A stretch of DNA of 62,252 nucleotides, counting the filler, from Rhabdomonas costata (lineage: Eukaryota), in the NCBI GenBank assembly GCA_019059605.1. It is 35 parts of 35 records of this genome, joined end to end, with 100 filler letters (N's around TTAATTAATTAA, not from the genome) between each part and the next. Parts side by side here need not be neighbours in the genome. Positions count along the whole stretch, not along the records: positions 1 to 1,682 come from JAHMHO010010731.1; positions 1,783 to 3,473 come from JAHMHO010010732.1; positions 3,574 to 5,255 come from JAHMHO010010733.1; positions 5,356 to 7,038 come from JAHMHO010010734.1; positions 7,139 to 8,820 come from JAHMHO010010735.1; positions 8,921 to 10,601 come from JAHMHO010010736.1; positions 10,702 to 12,382 come from JAHMHO010010737.1; 28 more parts are not named here. One strand, given 5' to 3'. Shown in pieces: positions 1 through 12,010 of this stretch. The first letter of the stretch is position 1. Every line of letters starts with the position of its first letter. The notes under the pieces were generated by a model that saw nothing but the letters and a program-made list of their open reading frames with translations, was not told the origin of the DNA and searched no databases. The translations under genes and the position numbers were made by a program.

Positions 1-522
1 GTGGGAGGGGGGGCTGACAATGGCTTATCTCCTCAGAGGCGCTACTTTGGACCCTAAACTGAAGCTGTGCCACCCGTCCGCCAAGACCAGAACACAAAGT
101 TGCATAAAAACCATTTCGAAGGCGGGCAGTTCAGGAAATCCTGGTTAACAAGCATAGTCAATCATTCTGATTACGTAGGCCGGTACTGTATGGATGTGTG
201 CAGGGGGGGGGGGTTGTGAAGTGGATTACATATGACACGTCGGGCCACGTGTTCTATGGAGGCCTAGCAGCGCTGCACTCAAGCTGTCTTTACTGGCCAG
301 CCTCTGAAGCTTGCCGGGAAGAGACTTTCACGGATTGTCTGAATGCTGATAGAACATCATAACAAGCTGTTAATCTGCGGAGATGGTTATTTCTATCGTG
401 CCTGAGAATGGCTGTCTTTGCTGTGTGTTTTGCTTTTGCGTCGTTAGCTTCGAATCACCCGGACATTGTCCGGAAAGGTTTCAGACATATATCTGTGTGT
501 TGTTTGTATGTGTGTGTTGCAG

Positions 523-1459
523 CCGGTGACCACCCTGCCGTACCCCCAGCCGCAGCCAGGACTCTTCTGCGCTGCGATGAGTATGGGGTGGGCCCAGCCC
601 ATTTCCTTGGGTAGCATGCTGTAACACCTCACCACCACTCGCCCCCAGCACACGCGCGGGACACCAACGTTTTCTTTTTCGCTCGACGGTGCACAGTCAT
701 AAGAAAAGCATGTTGCACAGCGGTGTCAGCTTCTGTAGATATCCGTCGCCCCTGGTGTTTCCTCCTTCCTTCCCCCCCGAAGAGAAAAACCGCGGATACA
801 CTCAAAAGCCGTGAGTCAATCGGGACGTCTTGTGCTGCTCTCTGGTAGCTGTTTCCCGTTGCTTTGTCGGATGCCGATTGGCTGTGTGGGTACTTCGAGC
901 TGTGCGGCTTGCGTGCCTGCACGTCATAGACTTCCGCAAAGCATTTTGAGAAGATCAAGGTGGTCTATTACTGTTGACAGGATGGTGGCAGATGGGACGG
1001 CTAAAGCGAACCATTCTGTACAATTTTCTTCCACATGTTCAGTGATGGTACGGGTGCCACCTCTCGGAGTCTTGCGTCTTCGGTAAAAGCTCTGTTGGGC
1101 TGCGCGTTTTTCTTCCCTCACCTCCCCCACTCCCACCACCACGCGCACGTATCCCAGGCACCCTGTTGTAGATTCTTGGGATGGCCTCATGGGTTTCTGC
1201 CCCAAGAAACCTGGAGGACTGTTCCTCCTTTTCAGTGTCTTTTTCGCTCGACGGACGTGTACACGTGCTCACGCTCGTGGCCGTGCCTGCTTTTGCTGAC
1301 AGTTGACTTTGCGGGTGGTGTTGTGACGTTAAGATCTCGCTTCTCCCTCGCTGCCCCGTCGGCCAAGGGCTGCGCAGGTCTGGAATGTGATTCCGTTGAA
1401 CCTTTCTTCGGATCACCATGCAAAGTGAATGAAAAATGGTCTTCGGTTGGACTCGAAAG
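523..1459 (+). CDS. Hypothetical protein, three internal exons (partial)
   Basis: Exons 523-610, 1158-1234 and 1378-1459 have AG/GT borders and compatible phases (...EYGVGPAHFLGHPVVDSWDGLMGFCPKKPGGLFLLFSLECDSVEPFFGSPCKV...). Last donor is GTAAGT. No family recognised. Confidence 0.4.
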
Positions 1460-1682
1460 GTAAGTGAGATCCGGCACAAGGTGGAAGGTGTCAACAGCAA
1501 GCTTGCGATGACCCATTGGGCATTGTATATCGCTGCCTAAGACTCTCGTCAGTTGAGGGTGGGTGAACCACCTCACTTTGGTCCGTAATTTTCGGCAAGT
1601 CGGTGTCTTTATTGCTGTTGTCAGCAACTCTCCGCAAAAGCAAATGCATGGGCTGTAGAACCTGTGGGCGTTCCCCCCACAC

Positions 1683-1782
1683 NNNNNNNNNNNNNNNNNN
1701 NNNNNNNNNNNNNNNNNNNNNNNNNNTTAATTAATTAANNNNNNNNNNNNNNNNNNNNNNNNNNNNNNNNNNNNNNNNNNNN
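1683..1782. other. Artificial scaffold linker N44-TTAATTAATTAA-N44 (first of 34, recurring every ~1.78 kb)
   Basis: Identical 100-nt spacer at 1683, 3474, 5256, 7039 ... 60474. TTAATTAATTAA gives stops in all six frames. Confidence 0.99.
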
Positions 1783-1856
1783 TAACCCTAACCCTAACCC
1801 TAACCCTAACCCTAACCCTAACCCTAACCCTAACCCCTAACCCTAACCCTAACCCC
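1783..1856 (+). repeat. Telomeric repeat (TAACCC)n = (TTAGGG)n, ~12 units
   Basis: Eight perfect TAACCC units at the contig start, then variant TAACCCC units at the inner edge. C-rich strand lies 5', as expected for a chromosome end. Confidence 0.92.
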
Positions 1857-2170
1857 ACCCCAGAGTATTGTGCAGTATTGTGACAATTGCCAGTGACAGT
1901 TGCAAGCAAGATTTCTGTGGACCTGATCCTCTCCTTAACTCGCCCGGTGCTGCTCAGGGCATTTGGTCTTTCCTCGTCTTCTTTGTCTTCTCTTCCGGCT
2001 CGCTTTGGGGATTGCTCCGCGTCTTTTGTATTGCTTCGCTCGAGTAGTGTGTGTTGCTTCGTGATTTGTGTGGGTGATAATAGCAAGAGGATCCGAAGAA
2101 GTTGTCAGCAGACTTCCGCAGCATTTTCAGGGGCGCGACTTTGCCCGGGAGTGGAAGCCGGAGGTGAAGA

Positions 2171-2374
2171 ATGGAACTGGAGAAGAGCGTTGCCGCAGTG
2201 GTGGGGTCGGCGAAGGCCGTGGTGTCGGCCTCTGCGGAGGGCGTTCAGACGGCAGGCCTGGTGACGTTCCAGGCCATCGAGCAGATTGGGGTGGGGTGCT
2301 GCACCTACCCCACTGACCTTGGGGTGAAGGCCTGCGGGCTTCTTGGTAGCTTTGGGAAGAAGGTGTGCAGCTAG
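2171..2374 (+). CDS. Small 67-aa protein next to telomeric repeats
   Basis: ATG..TAG ORF with G/C-ending codons like the other exons here (MELEKSVAAVVGSAKAVVSASAEG...CCTYPTDLG...KKVCS). Pyrimidine tract and AG sites lie upstream. Confidence 0.55.
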   Translation: MELEKSVAAVVGSAKAVVSASAEGVQTAGLVTFQAIEQIGVGCCTYPTDLGVKACGLLGSFGKKVCS

Positions 2375-3093
2375 AGAGGCGCTGGTGCTTCTTTTATGAA
2401 CGAATTGTATTGTGCTCGAAAGGAGGAGCTTTCCTATTGGGGGAAGGTTTTGAATTTGTGGTATTGCGAGAAAAAGCACAGGCAAATGAAACCGTTGCGA
2501 GCCATCGCTGAGTCAGTAGTCTTTGCGAGCTATAAGAGAACCTCAATGAAAATGAAAATGGAACTTGGGCTGAATTTAGCCTTTGCTACTTCCCAAGGCT
2601 TTTTAAAGCGGTTTTCCGTGAGACGTACTTTTTGGGATTTACGATTATGTGAAACTCCACTTTTGTATAATTCGAGGAACCGATTAATATGCAAATATTC
2701 TCAATCATTTGGACCCGGGCTTGTTTCAGAGCATACCTCACCTCTCTCGAAAGACTCGTTGTTTGGGGTAGTGTTCCGCGGACGAAGGGACGCTCAGACA
2801 CACAACCATACGGCCTAGCAGCTAAGGGTTTTTTGTTTTTTGAAACCCGTTGCGAAGGAAGTTGAGGACAAAAACCTTGTCTGGACTCCTTTTATCCATG
2901 ACTTGACACGGTCTGATGGATTTGTATGTGTCTGTGAGTGTTTGTGTGGTGTTAATCGGGTGTTAACGGTTGTTAAACGGTGAGTTACTAGGAGACTCCG
3001 AGACTCGGAATACTTTTCCTCGGTATTTTGGTGCGTTGGAGATCGGGATGAGTGGGGAGGCAGACGAACGGGTCCCAGGAGATGGCACACTAA

Positions 3094-3297
3094 ATGGACA
3101 GAGCTATTTCAGTGGCGAAGGCCAGCGCCGCGCTGCGGGGACGTTGTCTGGGGAGAGTGGGGGAGTGTTCGCACCAAAAGCAACTTTGTGAAGTGGGTTT
3201 TCGGGTGGCCGAGTCAACCTGCACATTCCCTGCCAACTCTATACCGCACCAGCTTCTACGTGGCTTTCGCGGTTGCCCCACGCAGGCGTATTCTTAG
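3094..3297 (+). CDS. Second 67-aa ORF, possible divergent paralogue of 2171-2374
   Basis: Same length and strand. Shares M[ED]xxxSVA, CT[YF]P, LLxxF and a terminal Ser-TAG. Confidence 0.3.
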   Translation: MDRAISVAKASAALRGRCLGRVGECSHQKQLCEVGFRVAESTCTFPANSIPHQLLRGFRGCPTQAYS

Positions 3298-3605
3298 CGC
3301 GTACACAGCCTCCCATGTGAGTGTGGCGGTCCGTCAAGTTCCACTCCTCTGGGACCGCACACCGCACTGCCCACCTATGGCGACTCGTTTGACAACGGTG
3401 AGGGGTGAACCCGAAGCAGGCCCCTTTACTTTCTTTTCTTCTTCTTCCCAAAACAACCAACCACACCCACCACNNNNNNNNNNNNNNNNNNNNNNNNNNN
3501 NNNNNNNNNNNNNNNNNTTAATTAATTAANNNNNNNNNNNNNNNNNNNNNNNNNNNNNNNNNNNNNNNNNNNNGGTGTGATGAGACCAGTGAAGCTGCAG
3601 TCCAC

Positions 3606-5063
3606 CACCACAACCCCATCACGGCGGCGCACGTTGTACACCTGCGGAGAGTCCGCGTATGTGGACTGCAGCTTCACTGGTCTCATCACATCACGAAGGA
3701 CCAAATGCTCAAACCTGGACTTGCACTCTTCAGCTATGACGGCAAATGTGGCTAACCCTGCGGCTCAAACTTTCCCTTATAAAGACTGGGCAACATCTTG
3801 CCTTGAAATTGCACTGTTCATGGCTGAAATGTTCTCAGATTAAACCGCCAATTATGTTTCACTCTACCATCATATCATAATACTGCTTATGGTAATAATG
3901 TTGTTTATGTAAACGACTTTTTTCGTTACTAGATCTTGCGGGGTGCGCAGAAACACAACAGACTACCAGCACAAGGCATTGGTTTGGAGGTTTTTTTCTG
4001 TCTCCAGCGGGATTTCAAATCTCTCCCACTGCAGCTTCTCAGAGTACAAATCACCCCTCTGCTGCCACACACACAAGCACACATACGCACACACACAGGT
4101 GCGTATATGCACACCTGCCGCACTACCCAGTCGATCCGTGAGTGCCCCCTCTGGGCACACCCATAGTCTGGGAACGTAGAGAACCTGAGGGGCCCCACAC
4201 TCGCCCCCATTACCCAAGACTCCCTTCAACAGTTCACGACATTGAGGAAGAAGGTATCATAATTCTACTCACGAAAATCCAAAGAAAAACATTAAGAGAA
4301 GAAAAGACATAAAAGACAAGCCAAAGACATACATAGAAACAGCCGTGGTTAGGTGGTTTGGCTATTTTGGAGGGCACAAAGGCAATGAACAGATTTGTGA
4401 CTGAGGCAGCGCCTTAGCGAGAAAATAGGCTTTGGACAAAACCATCCAACGAAGGACCTCCCGTTTCCATTCCCTGAGCTGCGAGCGACACCAAAGGCTT
4501 CTGGAGCAGAGTTTATTGTCGTCATCCATAAATGCTCGTCGGCAGAAAGAATACTTTGTGAAGGTTCACGGAAGGATGAAGACACAAGGGCTCGTGGAAC
4601 TCCCCTCAGCACCTGAATTCATAGTGTGCGGAGATCAGCCGCTTCCAGGGGTCCACGAGGGGCTGACAGCCCTCCTGGCTGCTGGGCGCAGCACTGGAAA
4701 AACGTGAGTGAAATGGAAATGGCACGTCGACCTCACGACAGTCCACTGTTCACGACAGACAAAAAAGCAACGCACAGCCTCCACAGGCAGCGGTCCATAG
4801 TGTGATCAAGCGGTGCAGTATTTAAGCCAAGGGGAGAAGCACATAGGGACATATGGGTCACCGGAGCGGCTGGCAAATGTAGAGGGAGGGAGCGTGGAGG
4901 TGGATCAGTTGGGGAAAAGCTGCACCGCGAACCTCAAAGGTCCCAGAGGGTCACCCTTGGACACGTTGCACCGCACTTGGACTGTCTTCTCGGGGATGGC
5001 GGGCACATCGCTGCCGTTCTCCGGCCGCGCGCGCGCAGTCACCACCATCAACGGAGGATGAAC
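3606..5063 (-). CDS. Hypothetical protein, four exons (partial)
   Basis: Exons 5063-4933, 4693-4613, 4184-4115 and 3641 onward join via GT-AG introns in phase (...GDPLGPLSAAPSSQEGCQPLVDPWKRLISAHYEFRFSTFPDYGCAQRGHSRIDWVVRQVYNVRRRDG...). Confidence 0.6.
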
Positions 5064-6248
5064 CTGCACGGGCGAGAACGATCTGGCACTTAATTCGCAG
5101 AGCAGAAATAGCAAATTCTCTATCCGCTCTATTCTGTTTCAAGTCAAGGATACCCCCTTCCAATTCCACTCGGACCCCCCACCGCTCTACAATCGCAGCC
5201 ATAACTCCCACGGTCGAGCACACGCAAAACGCTAAGCTCCCAAAACAAAGTGACANNNNNNNNNNNNNNNNNNNNNNNNNNNNNNNNNNNNNNNNNNNNT
5301 TAATTAATTAANNNNNNNNNNNNNNNNNNNNNNNNNNNNNNNNNNNNNNNNNNNNTTGTTTTGGTCAGACCCGCTCTCCCTGGCGCTGTTTGCGAACATC
5401 ACTGTCTCCACGACGTTCCAGTTGGGTAACTTCAGTGCCCCCCCGATGAACTCCACCGAGCTCACCTCTATGATGAGCATCATCATGGACTCCAGTCGCC
5501 CCGCAACGGCACAAACGCACACACACACACACACGCCCACTTACTCACACGCTCACACGCTCACGCCCACCTGAGTTCCTGCTTTGCTGACTTGACCGCA
5601 CAAGGTATTTGACAATTTGGCTGTTTGCAGTGGGCCAAGCAACGTCAGTTTTTGCAAAGCGTGTCAGTTCTGTGAAGTGGGTTCACCAGTGGAGGAAAAC
5701 GGACGCAGGTCGGAGCCGTATTAAGAGTGAGTAACAATGTTTTGTGCAGTGCACAGGAAGTGGCGGACTTTCCCTTGGGGTTACTGTGTCCTCACTCATC
5801 CCTTGGAAAAGTAAGAAAGGTTAGGACAGCTTTGAAGCCCCGCCGGTCTGCAATGAGTAATTCGCAGTCATGGCCGGATCACCCAGACAACTTTACAACT
5901 GCGATCGTCGCTTTGCATGGACAACCAAACCTTTATCTTTCAGTGTGTGTGTGTGTGTGTGTGTGTCGCCAGAAAAAAGTCGTTCCGGCCAAGTGCACAA
6001 AGTGTGTGCATGTATACATGTAGCCTACTTATGAGCACACTCTGTATCAGTCCTGACCTGCACCTACTGCCCCCATGTTGCAATGGGGAAGACCATTTGA
6101 GGTGAATCCCAGAGTTGCCTACAGCCCCACACCTGATCCTTGATGAACACCAGCGTGTTAGAGCGTTATGTGGGTTTGAGCCGATTTCGATGCCTGACAG
6201 TGCCCGTACTAGTGTTTACCCTTCACACCCAGCGCATTGTGTGTTTGT

Positions 6249-6304
6249 GTGCGTGTGCGTTTGCGTGTGCGTGTGCGTGTGCGTGTGCGTGTGCGTGTGC
6301 GTGT
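6249..6304 (+). repeat. (GCGTGT)n microsatellite
   Basis: Direct reading. (GT)n also at ~5943-5966 and (CA)n at ~12628-12655. Confidence 0.9.
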
Positions 6305-7383
6305 ACGACTGAGAAAATGGGTGCGAGTGGATTCTGGTGGCTGACTGTACCCGTGCCGGTGTCTTACTCTACACCCAGATTCGATGACGTGTGTGAGAAG
6401 TCGCATATACATCTTGTTCTTACATCCGTTGACTGTCCTTCCATCGCGCTAATACTGCCCTTACAGCCACCCTGAACTTCCGAGGGGAGGGGGCCGCAGG
6501 TCGTAAGCACGGAGATTGTCGCGGCCGCGGCGGTTTCTGTTGACCGGTTCTCCGCGGCGTCGCCTGTTGCTCTGCAACGCACGGCGGACTCTCCTGCGAC
6601 CTTCGTGCTGAGCTTTGGCAACTGCACGGCCGCCATTGTTGCCACCGTCCCCCCGGCCACCGCCCTTTCCAATCAGCCAGCGCTGTCAAACCCCGGTGCG
6701 TGTTTGTGAGCTGTTTCTTCTGCCTGTGAGGCGAGGTTTTCCCTCTTTGGAACGCCCGTGTTGCACGGCTGCTGTCAATGTTCACGTTGTCCGTGCCAAA
6801 GAGCACAAATTGCAATTAGATCAAAGGAGAGCTGCCGCGGGGTCGAATGCACGCCGCTGTTCATGTGTCTGGAGTCTTTCGATGCGCGCACATCCACCTC
6901 ACCAACGATGCAATCTGGCCCCGCGTCCGTCGTACGTTCTTTGCCGCATCCGCACCAAATTCGCATTTGACTCCGCAAAGTGCAAGAAAGGCAGCAATGT
7001 GAGCTGGGGGTGAGTTGCCGCGGCTGCAACCCCCCACCNNNNNNNNNNNNNNNNNNNNNNNNNNNNNNNNNNNNNNNNNNNNTTAATTAATTAANNNNNN
7101 NNNNNNNNNNNNNNNNNNNNNNNNNNNNNNNNNNNNNNCGGAAAAAGAAGAAAAGGAGGAGGGCTGAAAGGGGAAGCCAGCGGACAAGGAGCGGCAAAAA
7201 GGAGCCAGCCGTGGTGGCCAGAAGCTCTTCAAGAGCTTCTCGAGGATGCGAGCACAGAAGGTTATTAAACCGCGGAAGGTTATTAAACCCATTAAACCGT
7301 GGTTCTAATACGCCAGTGAGGTTTGTAAAGGACTTCCGCAGAGTCCTCGGAGGCCTGAGCGTGCGCTGCCTGTGTGGGTGTTC

Positions 7384-7416
<33 letters not shown>

Positions 7417-7425
7417 GTGGCATAG

Positions 7426-8411
7426 GGTGCTGCGCTCATTGGGTACATGGTGCTGATGAAGTACGCCCTTGGAGGGCTCGTGGAGCTTCCCTTCTTTGGC
7501 GCGGTGGCGGCTGTGGTGATCATTGGGAAAAACCTGGGTAGATCACCCCATCTATTTTTTGTCAGCGGAAATCGTCAGCGTTTTGGAGAAGTTCGCTGTG
7601 AAACTGGGAGTACCGTGCGCTTGATTTTTTCGACAAGAGCGGTAGCCTTTTTTTTTTGGCATGTAATCCTCCGAGCTTCACGTGTGACCTGCACCTGTTC
7701 TCGCGTGTTTTGTGGAATAGTTCGCGCAGTGATTCAATCGTCACATCCACTTTCGTGCGTATGTCTGTTTTGGATCCGCGGTTGTCTGCATTGTTGGCGA
7801 GAGCTGTTTCCTCACAACGCATTTTCGGGGTGCAGGGATGACGCTGCGGCAGTGCACGCACGTGTGGCTGTCCTGCCTGGGCTCCGCAGTTTGTGCCGAC
7901 GTGGTGTTCGGACTAGGGTTCCCCATCCACGACACCTCCGTGGGGCCCCGGCTCGCTCTGGGGCTGATCCTGTGCCTGCTGTGCTTCCTGGGCATGCGCC
8001 TGACTCCTTGCGCATTTGATCTTGGTCCCGTTTGATGGACTGTTTTGACTGCCTTTATTGCGTATTTATTGGGGAAATTTCAGATACTCGTGACTGCTGC
8101 TGGCAGGGTCCAGAGAGAGAGAGTGTGTGTGTGTTTGTGCGCCTCAGCAGTCCACAGACTTTGGGCATGCTCGCCGGTCCCAACCACCCAGGGCAAATGG
8201 ACGGTTAGCGCGCCAAAGCAGCAGCGCGGTATCGACTCACGCTCATGCGCGTCAGCACCATCTCTGCTCGATAGGGTTCTTTGTGAAGGCTGTGCTGGCC
8301 AGGAAGTTCCTGCTGGCCCAGTTTGTGGTGTACCTGCTTGTGCCCGCAACCCGGCCCGTCACGGTCCCGCTGTTGGTGTACCCTTGGCGGGTTGTTCACG
8401 GCTTTTTCTGG
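7426..8411 (+). CDS. Multi-pass membrane protein, ALMT/FUSC-like (partial, three exons)
   Basis: Exons 7426-7537, 7836-7991 and 8275-8411; the second donor is GC (GCATGC). Hydrophobic product with FFGAVAAVVIIGKNLGMTLRQ, resembling the ALMT/FUSC 'avvv...G.tl' motif. Confidence 0.55.
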
Positions 8412-8925
8412 GTACGCCAGGCACAATCCGTCTCCAATTCTTCTTCTTTTTCTTCTAGTCCCACCCCACCCCCTTTTTGATTCGATTGGGTGTGATAGCG
8501 GGAGACAAGGGTTGATTGGTTCTGTTTGTGGTGTCTGATGTGCCCATGCATCCTGCCCTTTCGCACATGAACAAAGTCAGCCCATCAGAACCTTCCTAAC
8601 AGGCAGCCTTCTGATGTCCAGCCAAACTGGAGGGCTGGCCGCCTTTCCTCGTTGTCCTTGTCACTTGCGGTTTTTCGATTCCCTTGTTATGAAGTATGGT
8701 GGAAAATAAGAAATTATGATAATAAGAAACAAGCCAAATGTGCAGGGCGTGCGCCTTGCCACTGGTTCCATGGAATCCCTGGGCCCTCCTCTTTTTGGCC
8801 CCTCTCGTACCACAAACCCCNNNNNNNNNNNNNNNNNNNNNNNNNNNNNNNNNNNNNNNNNNNNTTAATTAATTAANNNNNNNNNNNNNNNNNNNNNNNN
8901 NNNNNNNNNNNNNNNNNNNNTGCAG

Positions 8926-10327
8926 GATGTCGACGGGGGTGTCCGTCAGCGGCGGATGTGGGAGCGCTGGGTGCGCGGCGCGGAGTTCCGCAAGGCCACC
9001 TCCCAAGGTAGTGTGGCCTTGCGTTTCATTTTTGCTGGCGTTTATTAAGTGCCAGTTGTTATGATACCATACCTGTAGTAACAGCGAGCTGGCTGAAAAT
9101 GTGCGTGTTTTTTCCTTAAATCTGTGTCTGGCTGCATGGCGGTTGCCTCCAAACGATTTTTAATGTTAGGGTAAATTTTATTGCCCCCCCCCAGACGATT
9201 GTTTGTGAGGCTAGCACCCCTAAATAGCTGCTCGTTGGTGCGGAGAAGCCACCGCAGCTGAGGTGGGGAGATGGCCTTGAGACCCCAATGGCGCGCCAAC
9301 GATCTGAAGAGGCTTCAAAAAACAGCTACCACCTGTAATGGCTATCGGTGCTCGCTGAACTCGCTTTTTGTTCCGTTCTTCTCGCCTCGGGTGCGTGCTT
9401 GAGCGAGACAAGAGACAAGCCAGTCACCACAGTGAGGGTTTTCACCACCCTCCCACTCCAATGGTCGCCTCCCCGCAACAAAGGGATTGCCGAGGCTTTA
9501 CGACGGCTCTACAAGCTTAACGAGAACCGCCCCGTGAGCGGCTTCCTTGTGCTCGTCCTACGGCCCGTGGGAGGCCCGCTCCCTGCTTCTTCCCGGTGGG
9601 GTGGCGGTGGTCCGAGGCCTCCCCGAAACTGGGGCCGGAGGGACTTTCACATGATGAACTTTTACGTGTATGAGGACCCCTCGCTGCGGAACGCTGCCTC
9701 AGCCGGGGTTGCAGAGCCGCCGTCGCCTGTTACAGTGCTGTTTGTGGACGCGCAGCGGGACTGGGTTTCGGAAAGTCTACCCCCGTTCCATGACTCTGAG
9801 CATGGGTATGAGGACACGGTGTTCTACCGCCCTTCTCCGGAGCTTGGGCGGTGGGCACTTTGAGATGGATCCCCGGACGACGTCAGTGCTCGAAAAGCTG
9901 AGACCTCGTGACACCCACAGTGCTGGTCAGCGCTGGGCTTGGGACTTAACGCACCTGTCCTGTTTCAATTTTGATGTACATGTGCGCTGTTTTGTTGGAT
10001 CGGGCCTTTCCACCGATTGCCTGCAGCGCTCTGGAAACGCACAAGGAACCACGAAACTCAACTTCAGATGGCATCTTTGGGTGTGCTTTCTTTTCGGATG
10101 GATGTGGGCCTTTTTATTGTGGGTCGAACATGTCCCACTGTGGGGTGCATACAGAAATCACTACCCATCCTGCGTCGGGTACGGATGAAAGTTTGGAAGG
10201 CGACGGAAAGTTGATCTTTCCTGGCTCCGTCTGTCTGGTCGTATCCCATAAATTGCCCGCGGGTTTCGAGGAAGCGCCGTTCGATTACAAGCAAAATGCG
10301 GTCAAAGGCTTATTATACTCCCTCTGA
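8926..10327 (+). CDS. Hypothetical protein, three exons (partial)
   Basis: Exons 8926-9007, ~9416-9850 and 10192-~10327 join in phase (…DTVFYRPSPELGR|LEGDGKLIFPGSVCLVVSHKLP…). Confidence 0.5.
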
Positions 10328-11402
10328 GTTTCAGAAGTATAAAAATGGGGTCCGGGAGCAGTCAGATTGCTTATTTGGGCTATTATATTTTTATATTTAC
10401 CTATTATACCGTATTTACCTGTTTATTTATTGTGAGTTCGAGTTGGATTTTCTTTTCACTAATGATTCCCTCACTCCTTTTTCGTGCAAGTTCTGTTTCT
10501 TTCTCCATCCTAATTTTCCTTTCTTTTCAACGCTTCTAAACGCACAGGCAAATTCACTGAAAGAGAGGTTCATTTTTGGGGCTTTTCACAGGTGGAAGGT
10601 CNNNNNNNNNNNNNNNNNNNNNNNNNNNNNNNNNNNNNNNNNNNNTTAATTAATTAANNNNNNNNNNNNNNNNNNNNNNNNNNNNNNNNNNNNNNNNNNN
10701 NAGAGGAGCCTGTGCCCTCGGTGCTTCCTTTCGTGCGTGACCTCTCCGGTGCCCGGATTGTACGCCGTATGCTTCCAAAGGTCGGGAGTTGGGGCACATA
10801 ACCCGTGGGCACACAGACCTGCGCCACGTGGCCTGCAATCCCCTCTTTCCGGAACGTCACCGCCGAGATAAGTACCACTATTACTTGGGGGCTATGATGA
10901 GCCGCCACCTCCCCCCACCCGTTCCCCTTCCTCCCAGGCATCTTGCTTGAACGCAAGACAAAGGAAAGAAGAACGAGCAATGGAGTGCTGAGAATTTCAC
11001 TGAGAGGGTTGACGAGGGGTGATGCCGATGCCAGCAGCATCATTTCATCTTGCGGCCAGGAACATCCCACTGCGGGGGCGAGCCGTAGCCTGGAAGAGTC
11101 CCTGCTCGAAGAAGAGCCATGCCCTGTGAGCGCCCAAAAAGGTGGTCGCACACCAGATGAACCATCAACCACGGCAGATGCCCATAAGTTTCCATAAGCT
11201 TGCCTGTGCTGAGTTACCACTGTTACAACCAGCCCAGGTCAGTAACAATTCCTTCCAGGAGGAGAGGGCTTCAACATCGCAATTGAAAAAGCAGATGGAC
11301 AAAAAATGGTGCTGAAGAAACGCGAAAGGTATCGATATGACCTGCGAATGGATAAGCCGAAATCGAAAAGCGGGGGAAGTTGGATGGGAGTGAGGAGGGC
11401 AC

Positions 11403-12010
11403 TGCGGGAGAAGAAAGGCCTGGACCTCGCTTAGCATCGCCTGGTGGATTGCGTCACGGGGGAAGTCCACGTACGTGTGGGCGCGAAACGGGTTCAGGAG
11501 GTACTCACAGAGCTGCAGCAGGGCCTGCAGAATACATCAAGGAGCCAAGCGTGGAGGTGGGTGTATATGTAAGTGTGGATCTAAGACCATCCATCCATCT
11601 CTCATTTTCATTAGGTTTCGAAAGTCTACGCCGCCAATACCTTTCATTGCATTGAACAGAGTTTTCCTAACCAAACCGTAAGCAACAATCTTTTTGCTCG
11701 TGTGCTTGTGCTGTCACCAGGAGAAGGTGCGCTTTGCGCCGCCCACCTGGTACAAGGTGGGGAACATGATAACCCAGCCCAGGTTGATGCCCACGGTCCA
11801 CCCGTCCCGCCCCCAGGCCCGGGCAAAGCTCACCCCGGAGGCGAAGGCCTGCAGCAGGTTGTGGGTCCACACCATCAGCGACAGCAGGTGGACGTACGCG
11901 AAGGGCAGCTGGGCGTCCAGGTAGGTGAACAGGGTGCGGATGGCCTGACGGCCGCGGCGGCAGATCGCCAGGAAGTCCATCATAAAACCCTCGAAGTTGG
12001 GAACACGGCC
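11403..12010 (-). CDS. Bestrophin-family channel (partial, two exons)
   Basis: Exon 12010-11747 (…LFTYLDAQLPFAYVHLLSLMVWTHNLL…FPTLYQ) splices GT-AG to an exon from 11524 (ALLQLCEYLLNPFRAHTYVDFP). This matches the bestrophin 'P..Y.....' TM3 and 'L.NPF....DF' motifs. The 3' border at 11403 is uncertain. Confidence 0.8.

Noticed and set aside
1727-2086. ORF ending in VRVRVR
   Set aside because: Translation of telomeric repeats running into the linker.
6115-6475. ORFs with CVCVCV, ACACAC or TRTRTR runs
   Set aside because: Microsatellite translations.
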